From Azolla caroliniana (taxonomy: Eukaryota; Plantae; Polypodiophyta), in contig JBHGNT010000007.1 in the NCBI GenBank assembly GCA_043228905.1, positions 15,686,001 through 15,750,000 on the forward strand: DNA of 64,000 nt, given 5' to 3'. Under the pieces are notes generated by a model that did not search any database, had not been told where the DNA came from, and worked only from the letters and a program-made list of their open reading frames with translations. Both the position numbers and the translations under genes were made by a program. Shown in pieces: positions 14,401 to 24,948 of this stretch (its first letter is position 1; the number at the start of each line of letters is the position of its first letter).

Positions 14401-15018
14401 ATGCAAACACCGCGTGATACTCACTTGGATTGCACTAAGCGATATTTACGGTACGTGAGCGGCACAATGGATTGCCGTATCCTCTACAAGACCGCGATGC
14501 CAATACGACTCAAGGGGTACACAAACGCTGATTGGGCCGGCTATAAAGCTGATAGAAGATCAACCTCCGGATTTGTTTTCTCCCTCGGCAACAGAGCAAT
14601 ATCCTGGAGTAGCAAGAAGCAGCCCACTGTCGCTCTTTCGAGTACGGAGGCAGAATACAGGGCCGCAGTCGTAGCTGCGTGTGAAGCCGTATGGCTCAAG
14701 AGGATTTTGAAGGATCTGGGCGTACCCATCAAGGATCCGACTTCCCTTTACTGCGACAACATGAGCAGTATCGATCTGACTCGGAACCCGGTGTTCCACG
14801 CACGGACAAAGCACATCGAAGTGCACTATCACTTCATCCGAGAGCGCGTTCTGGCTGGCGATGTCGACCTACATCACATTAGCACCAATCTTCAAACGGC
14901 CGACATCTTCACTAAAGCCTTAGGAGCCGACAAGCTATGGCAATTCATGACCGATCTCGGATTGACGATCCCTGACCTGCCAAGCTTGAGAGGGAGTACT
15001 GAAGACACTACGCAATAA
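14401..15018 (+). CDS. Uninterrupted copia RT C-terminus plus RNase H ORF (205 aa)
   Basis: GYTNADWAG, SSTEAEY, YCDNMS, HARTKHIEVHYHFIRE, ADIFTK motifs. The first catalytic position reads N rather than the usual D. Confidence 0.8.
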   Translation: MQTPRDTHLDCTKRYLRYVSGTMDCRILYKTAMPIRLKGYTNADWAGYKADRRSTSGFVFSLGNRAISWSSKKQPTVALSSTEAEYRAAVVAACEAVWLKRILKDLGVPIKDPTSLYCDNMSSIDLTRNPVFHARTKHIEVHYHFIRERVLAGDVDLHHISTNLQTADIFTKALGADKLWQFMTDLGLTIPDLPSLRGSTEDTTQ

Positions 15019-15107
15019 CGCGTAGATTCTGCAACCGCGCACTACGCAATAACGCGTAGATTCCGCAACCGCGCACTACGCAATAACGCGTGGATTCCGC
15101 AACCACG
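15006..15107. repeat. 3 x 34-bp tandem repeat in the 3' UTR
   Basis: CACTACGCAATAACGCGTAGATTCYGCAACCGCG x3. Confidence 0.9.
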
Positions 15108-15578
15108 CAACAAAGCCGCGAAGAAAGACGCAAGCCAATGCACAGACTTCGTAATTACGCACAACGCAAGCTGGAGCACGGATCCCGTAACTCCGCAGAA
15201 ATGCGAGTCGACGCGGACTCCGGAACGCAAGTTGAAGCGGATTTCGGATACCGTGTGAAACCGACCCGACTTGAGCTTGAGGGGGCGTGTTGAGAATCAA
15301 GCTCAACTTGGTCTAGTGTGTGAACTCACCTTGAGAGTGAAGAGACACTCCAACGGTCAAGAATCACCATTATGTCACCACTTTGTATTCTAGCATTTAG
15401 TATGAGTCATAGAATCATATTCTATGACACATAACTTATGAGCTTTCACATTCCCCATGCTCCATGAGGCTTGTAGTTAATGAAGAGAGAGGGTGACTAC
15501 ATAAAGCACCCTCCTCCCACCTTGTATAATTGTGTGTCTTTCTCCTTTGTCAATATACTTTTAACCTTGCGTATACTC

Positions 15579-15611
<33 letters not shown>

Positions 15612-17562
15612 GTTCACACCTATTCCGCTTCACAAGAATCCATCTCTTGATTCTTTACAGCTGCAGATCAGAATTTGGAATTAGTTCAAATGGATGTGAA
15701 GATTGCCTTCTTACATGGGGACCTTGATGAGGATATTTATATGGAACAACCAGAAGGTCATGAAGTATCGGGAAAAGAACATTTGGTATGTAAACTCAAG
15801 AAGAGTTTGTATGGGCTTAAGCAGTCCCCTAGGTTATGGTACCAGAAATTCGATGCTTTTATGAAGACTTAAGGATATATTAGAAGCAATGAGGATGCAT
15901 GTCTTTATACAAAAAACTATTCAGATGGGAGTTTTAACACATTGATATTATATGTTGATGGCATGCTTATTGTTGGTAAAAACAAGGATGAGTTATCCTA
16001 GTTAAAGAAAAACTTGGGCCAGAATTTTGACATGAAGGATTTGGGAGATGCAAAACATATTCTTGGTATGCGTATCACTCGTGATAGGAGTAAGCGATGC
16101 ATTTACTTGTCTCAGACTGAGTACATATCGAAAGTGCTCAAGAGGTTTAATATGGAGAATACAAAGCCGTTGAGCACTCCTTTGCCTACATATGTAAAAC
16201 TGAGTACATGTGATTGCCCCACATCTTATGAGGACAAGAAATTTATGTCCAAGGTTCCTTATCAATCCGCAGTTGGGAGTCTTATGTATGCTATGATAGC
16301 GACCAAGCCATACATTGCTTTCGTAGTGGGAGCTGTGAGCATATTTATGTCAAATCTTGGTAATAAACATTGGGAGGCAATTAAACTGATCTTAAGATAT
16401 CTATGTGGCACTAAGAATAGGTGTCTATGTTTAGGTGGTGGAAATGTATCCATCATTGGATATACAGACTATGTTGTTGGTTGTTCTGACAACAGAAAAT
16501 CCACTTCAGGATACATTTTTCAGTTTATGGGAGGTGCGATATCTTGGAGATCTTGTCTCCAAAAATGTACTGCTTTGTCCACTACAAAAGCAGAGTATGT
16601 TGCAGCTAGCGAAGCATGTAAGGAAGTCGTATGGTTGTCCAGATTAGCTTGTGACATGAGCATATCTAAGCTTGTACCCATACTGTTTTGTGATAGTCAA
16701 AGTGCCATTGCATTGGCTAAAAAACTAGTATACCATGCAAAGACCAAGCACATTGGAGTGAGATATCACTTCATTCGAGAATGCATAGTTGTTGGCTACA
16801 TCAGTCTTGAGAAAGTTGTCTCTCAAGAAAATGCCGCAGATGCATTGACCAAAGCTCTACCACATGAAGCACTAGAGCATTGCTGCCACTTGATGGGAAT
16901 TACTTAGGTCATGAGGTTACACATTGTTTTTGTATATTGTGTAACATACTCATCAAGTACGATGTGTAGGTCTTGTTCAATCTTCCCATCAGCTTTGATG
17001 ATCCCTTGTTTGGCCTTTAGCGGGAGATTGATAGTGAGAAAGGCCAAAAAAGTAATTTCTTACTATTAGTGCATAGGTATAAAAGTAAATAGAAACAAGG
17101 GTTTCAGAGTGCCTCCAAAAAGTTGTGTTGGTATCTTTCTCTTTTTTCTATGTTGTCTTCTGTGTGTGTTGTTCGACATTTCTCTACAGGTAAAATAGCA
17201 GCTCGTCCGCCTCCATTGCTTTCTCTCCAACACTATGTATCAAACTCAGCTGATAGCATCTGAGGTCCAATCAAAAGTAGCACTACAGCAGATTAAGCAG
17301 CTAAAACAGGAAAAACAGGCCATGGAAGAGAAGGAAAAAACCAAAGGAATGAAAGAAAACTTCGATTGTTGATAATTGTTGATAACCGGCGGCAACGAAT
17401 GAAAGAATAACCGAAGGAATGCTTGGCTGCAATATGGAAGGAACGGTCAGAGCAGGTAGCAGAATTACAAGTGCTTTGTGTTGATGTAGAGAACGGGACA
17501 AAAGCCGGAGAATGTTTTTATAAGATAGATGAAGCAAGCATAATCACAATCAGGGAAGAATT

Positions 17563-18531
17563 TGTTATGTAGACAATCCCTCCTTTTCGGGGGAGTCAGC
17601 CAAAAAGACTCGAGAATCGGTTGGTCGAAATCGGCTGAGAAGCCGAAATGAGTCGGCCGACCGAATTCGGTCGGAAAAGTTGAAACGAGAGTCGGCTGGC
17701 CAGGATCAGTCGAAGAGCCAAAAGGATAGTCGGTTGGCCGAAGAACCGAATTGAGTCAACCGACCAAATTCGGACTCAATCGAATAGAAGTTCATACAAT
17801 CATATACATATATATATGTATGTATATCTTCATATATATGTGTATGAAGTGAGTTAGTATATATATATATATATACTGACAAGCGTAGTAATGCGCCTGT
17901 ATGTGGGATAGCTCACTAAGAGTAAAAACAATGAGAAAAAGCGTGAAAGTATACTTAAGTGAAAAACTGAGCGCGTGAGTCGTATGAGAATATAGTGCAA
18001 GAGAAGATCAACACAGAGAACGACTCAGAGAGAACACAGTAGTGGCTGTGTGAGTGCCATATCTCAGAAGCTAAGAGTGAGAAGAAAAATAGAGTGAAAC
18101 AAAAAAGAAGAGAGATTAAAACAGAGAAGGTTGGAAGCTTCATAAGGGATAGAAATCTACGCATTAGGGTTTGGTGCGCTCGGCTGAAATCATGGTTTCA
18201 GTGCACAACCATACCAGATCAGGTTCTATCACTCCGTGGTTGTATTTTGTCTTTTCTCATAGTGGAAATTTATGTTCCCGTGGTTTTTCCTTGAAATTAG
18301 GGTTTTCCACGTAAATTGTGTGCTACTTGTTTCATTTATATTTCTGTTTAAGCTTGTTTGTAACTTCCATCTGAGTGAAATCATTTCAGAATTATCCGAA
18401 GGTTTTTAGGCTATGGCTCAAGTGCAAAGCAACTAAATATAGAAAATTTTGGAAGAGTTTGAAAATGATTAGTTGCAGAAGCAGGAATAGATTAGGGATA
18501 ACCAAGCCGATTGGATAAATCTTCATCAACA
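17563..18531 (+). mobile_element. copia-type LTR (3' LTR or solo), preceded by a PPT-like tract
   Basis: AGGGAAGAATT followed by TGTTA...TCAACA. Contains the CCCGTGGTTTTTCC..AGGGTTTTCCACGTAAA motif also seen in the Tork-like LTRs of this window. No TSD found. Confidence 0.55.
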
Positions 18532-18564
18532 GAAGGAAGAAATGGAGCAAACACCCCTGAACGG

Positions 18565-21340
18565 TGTCATGATATGGTAAGGCTCCATGATATGGGCCCA
18601 AAAAGAATTGAACCCATGACTTTACGCTACACAGGTTGAAGCCTTACCATTAAGTTATTCATTATTATACAAAAATATTATATTCATTCTTATTTTATTA
18701 TAGAAAATTCATGTATATTCTAGATTACCCTAGAACATTCTAGAAACTTCTGGAGTACTCCTCACAATACTATAAGGAGACACATGGCACTATTCACAAC
18801 CAATTTAGTTCAACGCCAGTCTTTAAGCCTCTTAGCTATCCTTGCTCTTTTCATATAATATACTCTCTGTTATCATACTTCTCTCTTCCACTAACTTTCC
18901 TCGAAGAACCAAAGTCAGTCACAGAGGCAATCAATCGTGTTGTGCGATATGACAATCGACTTTTCGAACGATGTTCAGAATGAAAGTTACAAATGCCAAG
19001 GACAAGATCAGAGCCCACATACACACCAGTCGTAGCAAAACCTTTTCCAAAGGATTCATATAATGCGTCCCCGACAAATACGCCATCACCAATGGAAATC
19101 GACACAACACGTCGTCCTGGACCATTGTTAGAAGAATAAAAACAATGATGACAAGCAAATTGCCTATGTCTATATTGCGGTGGTCCAGGGCATATTGTAG
19201 TAAATTGTCCCCATAAGCCAAGAAGACAAGTAAATCAAGTAGTTGCTAGTACTAAACCCGAGTCTATTGCATTAGAAGTATCTAATAATCCTAGTAACCC
19301 AAGTGTATTAAACAAATTTGAAGTCTTCAATCAACTAGATTCAAGAAGAGTTAAACGACTAAGTTCAACCAAAATAGTAGCCATTTGATTGGACAACCCG
19401 GGATTTGTGCAACCCATTAGTGGTTCCATTCCTTCTAAGCAAATTAGCAAGGGATTCTTAGCTCAAGTAGAAGTTTAGTACTAAAAGCAACCCTCTAGTA
19501 CATGTCTTAGCACTCTTAGATACTAGAGTCAATTCTTGTTTCATGGATAGGAATTTTGCTCAAGTTCATCAAATATCCAAAGAAAGCTTCCTTGCCCAGC
19601 TTCTGTAGTAGTCATTGATGGTCACCCCATTGCTTCGAGAAATATCGTAGAAGAGTTAGAACTTATTCATGTTGTCCTAGATAATTTGGCATATGCAATA
19701 TCTTTTAATGTAATTAGTAGCCCAAAACATCCAATTGTCTTGGGGTTACCATGGTTCGAATTGCACAACCCCGAAATCAATTGGAGAGCGAGAGAAATCA
19801 AGTATCGCCAACCCCAAGCATCCACTCATAGAATTTCAACCATCTCACTGCATCAACTATGTGAGGAAGGATGGAAGTAATCAATGTTTTTATTTGCGGT
19901 ATCAATGAAACCTTCAAGTATCATTAAAGAGGAGTCAACAATTCAACTTCCAAAAAAGTATCACAGTATGCTATCATTTTTTATAAGGTAAAAGCTAGTA
20001 ATCTTCCTCAACATCGACCATATGATTGTCCCATTGATTTACAACCAAGAAAAGAGCCACCATGGGGACCGATCTACAACTTGTCACCAACCGAGCTTGA
20101 AATTCTTCGAGCCTATATAGAGGAAAATTTGGCGAATGGGTTCATTCGACATTCAAAATCTCCAGTTGGCGCACCCATTTTCTTTGTAAAGAAGAAAGAT
20201 GGATCACTTCGTCTAGTCATGGATAACCATGGCTTGAATAAAGTCACCATCAAAAATAGGTATGCACTTCCCTTGATCTTGAGTCTATTAGAAAGAATTA
20301 ATGGTGCAAAGGTTTTCACAAAGATCGACTTACAAGGAGCATATAACCTCATACGTATCCATTCAAGAGACAAGTGGAAGACAACTTTCGCACCCAATAT
20401 GGGCATTTCGAGTATACGGTTATGCCATTCGGACTCACCAACGCACCATAAGTTTTCTAGCACATGCCAAATGACATTTTTCGAGATCTTTTGGACATCT
20501 GTCTAATCATCTACTTGGATGATCTACTAATCTACTCCAAAACACGGGAAGAGCATGACTCTCATGTACGATTAGTACTAAAACGGCTACGAGAACATGA
20601 TCTGTATGCAAAACTCGAAAAGTGTAGTTTTGATTGTAAACAAGTGGAATTTCTAGGCTATGTCATTTCCTCTGAAGGAATCTCTATGGATCCACCTAAG
20701 GTTTGAACTTGTGTTAGAGTGGCAGACTCCACGATCGATGCGAGACATGCAATGTTTTATAGGATTTGCGAATTTCTATCGCAAGTTTATATAGGATTAT
20801 TCCAAGCTTATCTTGCCCCTCACAAAGAAGGGGCAATCGTTTGTTTGGACTGTTGAAGCAGATTCTACTTTTGTGGATATCAAGAAAGCATTTACATCAG
20901 CTCCTATTCTAGTTCATGTTGATCTACAAAAACCCTTTATCATTAAAGCAGACACATTGGATTTTGCACTGGATAGCATTTTTTCACAACAAGGCGATGA
21001 TGAGAAGCTACATCCAGTGGCTTTCCATTCACGCAAATTTGACACTGCTGAAATTAACAACAAGGAATTATTAGCTCGATGTGCCTAGTTTCTCACCCAT
21101 TTCAACTTCAAGGTTACATTTCATTCGGGCAAGCGATAAGGGAAGGCAGATGTATTGTCACGACGGTCATATCTAGCACCTCGTCCGAGTGATCTAACCT
21201 TTGATGATCAAAAGCAAGTAATCCTAGGTCCGACATAACTTCAAGCATCTTTTGTTTTTTATACTCCATTAGATTCCAACATTATTGATACAATACGTCA
21301 AGATCTAAAGAAAGATTTCTTTGCTCAAGATTGATTCCAC
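18565..21340 (+). mobile_element. Chromovirus (Ty3/gypsy) 5' part: LTR fragment, gag C-terminus, PR, RT, RH; degenerate
   Basis: LTR start TGTCATGATATGGTA is shared with 35796. Motifs: gag PMEID and CLYCGGPGH; RT SPVGAPIFFVKKKDGSLRL and YLDDLLIYS; RH HPVAFHSRKF. Confidence 0.85.
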
Positions 21341-21361
21341 TCTAGCAACTTGTTTGCGCGG

Positions 21362-22700
21362 TGTCGTGATGTTTCTAACACATAGTGTGAAACCACCCTC
21401 GAAAAGAAGCAAAATAGTAGTTTAAATAAAGTAGTATTGTGAAGTCAACTTTATTGTTAGCAAAAATACTTTTTCATTTTGCCAAAGATAATTCCTTATA
21501 AATAAAAAGGCAAAGGATTGAACCTTGCAATAAATAATGATGAATATTAAGTTAGAGGCGGTTTTCAAAAGTAGAGAAAAAGATGGAGAGGGGGAAAAAA
21601 AAGCACGCGTGGATATGAGGAGCACAGTAGAGAAAAAAGCTCATAATTTCCTCATCAGATGTCCAAATTAGAAAAGAAAAGATGCATAAGAAAGCTAACC
21701 CAAACACCTTTCCAAGAATATCTTGCTTGTGAAATTTGGGGCTAGAAAACAAAAACAGTGAGGAAAAGAAAAGTCGACTCATATAGACAAGCTTTTTTTA
21801 AGGGGAAAAAGGCAAGCAATCCTAAACCTATAAATAAGAGCCCATTCTAGTGAAGAAGGGGGGGAGGGAGAAGGAATGCAGAAGCTCTACTCAATCGGAA
21901 GGCAAAAGAAGAAGGATCAACAACATCCAGAGGCATCATCAACAAAGAATCACCTTCTTCTATATTCCACTCTCTTCTTTCCTCCACCTCTCTTCCCCCT
22001 TCCTTTATAAATTATCTCTCATATTCATATCAAACCCGTTGTAAAATTGATTCTTATTTTATAAAAGAATCTATTATATTGTAATAAACTAATGTTTGGT
22101 TTCACCTACGTGTCTTATATGTTATCATCATTTGTGCTTATTTGTTTGTGTGTCTTGTGACAAGGGAGCGTTTCGGGCTTGCCCATGCACCTCTCCTTTC
22201 ACAAAGGCATTCAAACTTACGTATCTTATATGTTATTGTCATCTGTGCTTATTTGTTTGTGTGTCTTGTGACAAGGGAGCGTTTCGGGCTTGCCCATGCA
22301 CCTCTCCTTTCACAAAGGCATTCAAAACTCTGTCTCTTATGTGTGTAAGTAAGCCTTTTCCTTGTGTGTTCGCGTGTCTTGTAACAAGGGAGCATTCGGG
22401 CTTGCCCATGCACCTCTCTTTTCACAAAGGCATTTGAAACTTTGTCTCTCGTGTGTGTAAGTAAGACTTTTCCTCGTGTGTCCGTGTGTATGTCTTCCTC
22501 ATGTGCATTCATTCGCCTTGTGACTAGGGGTTGATTCGGGCTTGCCCATGCACCTCTCCTTTTCACAAACACGTTCAAATACTCGTGCCTTGTTTGTGTA
22601 AGCCTTCCTTGTGTTGTGCGTGTGAGCCCTATTTCCTTCCCTTCCATAACCTGGGTGGTTCCACCTCACGATCCGCGCATAGTGACAGATTTTCACAACA
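21362..22700 (+). mobile_element. LTR-like segment (probable solo LTR) with internal tandem repeats
   Basis: CTATAAATA box near 21828. About 4 degenerate units of 100-140 bp (GTGACAAGGGAGCGTTTCGGGCTTGCCCATGCACCTCTCC) at 22105-22570. Boundaries uncertain, no TSD. Confidence 0.4.
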
Positions 22701-24948
22701 GCTGTCACAACAATTAGGAACAGATTATCAACAATTGAAATGGCATGATGGGAGTGAGAGAGTGTGTAACTGTGTAGACGTCTGTTGACAAAGTAGAATC
22801 TCGAGGTCGTTGCCTTGGAGCTTCTAGTTGTACTCCTCCTTTTAGCATAGTGATTCTGTTTCTCGGGGTTTGTGAACCCCCGTGGTTTTCCCATTTCGGG
22901 TTTCCACGTCAAGATCGTGTGTTTCTGTCTCTTGTGCTATTTTTGTTTTCATACTCTATCTGAGTGCATTCTACTTTACGTTCCCTGCACATGAACATCC
23001 GAATGATAAGCCGGTTGTGGCCGGTCACGATTCTCGACAAAGTTGTATTAGAGCGAACAACACAGGAAATGGAAGAATCGTTCGGCGGCATGTTCAAGCT
23101 CACTGGCTCCAACTACTCATTGTGGAAGTCGAAGATGAGGGATATTCTGGTGGTTAAAGATCTTTGGTTGTCGGTTCAATTCAGGGACAAGAGACCAGAT
23201 AAGATCGACGCCACAGTGCGGGAGGTGATGCACATGAAGACGACGGCATACATCTGGTGCTTCATCGACATGAGCCCATACAAAAATTTCAATGAAGAAA
23301 GTAAGCCTCATGAACTCTAGGAGAAGATGAGCATCATGTCCCAGAACAAGAATGTTGTTAATCGGGTTTCGGTATTCCGGAAGCTAGTGAGGCTCCGGTA
23401 CCAAGACGACTCTAGTATGGCGGAGCACATGAATGCCTTCCAGGGATTGATAAACCAGGCAACCTCATTGGAAGTACCTCTCGCATATGAGGTACTCGCA
23501 TTACTCCTGCTCGGTTCCCTCCCGAATAGTTGGGAGACGCTAGTTGTCACGTTGGGCAACGCCGGGCCGGAAGGAAAACAATTGTCCCTAGCAAGGGTAA
23601 AATCAAGCTTGCTAGATGAAGAAGCTCGCCGAAAGGACCGGGAGTCCGGAACTGATCCGAAGGCCTTGGTTACAGAAGATGACCACAACCGGGAAAGAGG
23701 CCGGTAGTGGAGTCCCCAAAACAGGGACAAATCGAGGACAAGGTCGAAGTCGAAGTCGAGAGGAAGCCCCACGTGCTTCTATTGCGGGAAGTTGGGGCAC
23801 CTTCAAAAGAATTGCCGACATTTCCAAAAGGAAAAAGGGGGAGCCGATGGTGTGCAACCGAAAAAAATTTGGAAAGCAAGAACACCTCGGCGATCGCAAC
23901 AAGTGAGGAGGAGTTGCTGCTCATTAGCAAGCAGAATGAAGTGAACCTTGTCGGTGATGAATCGACATGGGTGGTCGATTCGGGTGTGTCATTTCACCTA
24001 ACCCCTGACTGGAAATGCTTCTCTTCGTATAGGGCCGATGATCTCAGATCTGTAAAGATGGGAAATGAAGAAGCATGTTGAATTGTCAGGATTGGAGACG
24101 TGTGTTTGGTGACCTCAACTGGCTACAGACTTGTGTTGAGAGATGTTTGACACGCTCTGGAGGTTCGATTGAACCTGATATCAGCCGGTCGGCTGGATGA
24201 TGAAGGCTACATGGGTAGCATCCGGAATGGTGTCATGATGTTGTCGAGGTATTCCTCGCGGATGCGTGGAGTGAGGCGGGACCTCGGGGGTCCTGTACCG
24301 AAGAGTAAGAGGGAGAGAGAGAGAGACCCACTACGTGCGAGCGTAGTTTCACAGGGACACGGCCCTTCGACGCAAAGACGTGAATGGGACAGCGACACAG
24401 AAAGACACGAAAGTATGTATGTATTGACAAGACAAACAACAAGAACACGAAGACAACAAACACGAAGTCGGTTACAACCGAACAGGCCGGCGGACAGATG
24501 CCGATACCTGTTCGTAAACGCACAGAAAGACAGGAACAGGTTGGAGGTGCTGCCGGAAGCACTCGGGCATTCCTCAGAGCAGCACGAGCCTCCCGAAACC
24601 TGCACAGAAGCAAGCTATGGAGTCTGCGAACCAGAGAGAGAGAGAGAAGCCTTCGCGCCCAATCCGACAGCACTTCGTCCTCGACTCTCCGCGATCCCCT
24701 TACTCTCCTCGTCTCCCTCCTTTTATAGGCAAGGAAGGAGCCGTTTCCCCTTTACTCCCTACCTACCAAATCTTCCTAGGATCTCCTATGTACAACTTAA
24801 GGCGCACGTGCATGAAGGGTCGGTTTCCACGCTCCGGTACACCGATTCCGCTTGTGGACGGTTTTCATCACGACATCCGCCCCCACCTAACCGCGCATCC
24901 ACCGGCATGCGCCAAATTGTGTTTGGACGGAGAAAACCGGCCCAGCCT

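Larger units (their letters stand above)
13985..15659 (+). mobile_element. Young, internally deleted copia derivative (LTR, partial PBS, RT end/RNase H, PPT, LTR)
   Basis: LTRs 13985-14370 and 15288-15659 are near identical apart from microsatellite length. TSD GCTGC at 13980-13984 and 15660-15664. TGGTATC at 14371 is fused directly to RT sequence. PPT at 15273-15287. Confidence 0.95.
11148..16907 (+). pseudogene. copia gag-pol (gag, PR, INT, RT, RH), interrupted at 13985-15659
   Basis: ORF pieces 11319-12143 (gag, CHYCHKKGQ, LDSGAS), 12193-13185 (LDLVHTDVCGP), 15675-15872 ([11 protein letters not shown]), 16014-16907 (RNase H). Confidence 0.9.
10385..17232 (+). mobile_element. Full-length degenerate Ty1/copia element (Tork/Ivana-like) carrying a nested insertion
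   Basis: LTRs 10385-10589 and 17029-17232 (about 13-14 differences). TSD CTATG at 10380-10384 and 17233-17237. PBS TGGTATCAGAGC at 10591-10602. PPT at 17019-17028. Confidence 0.95.
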
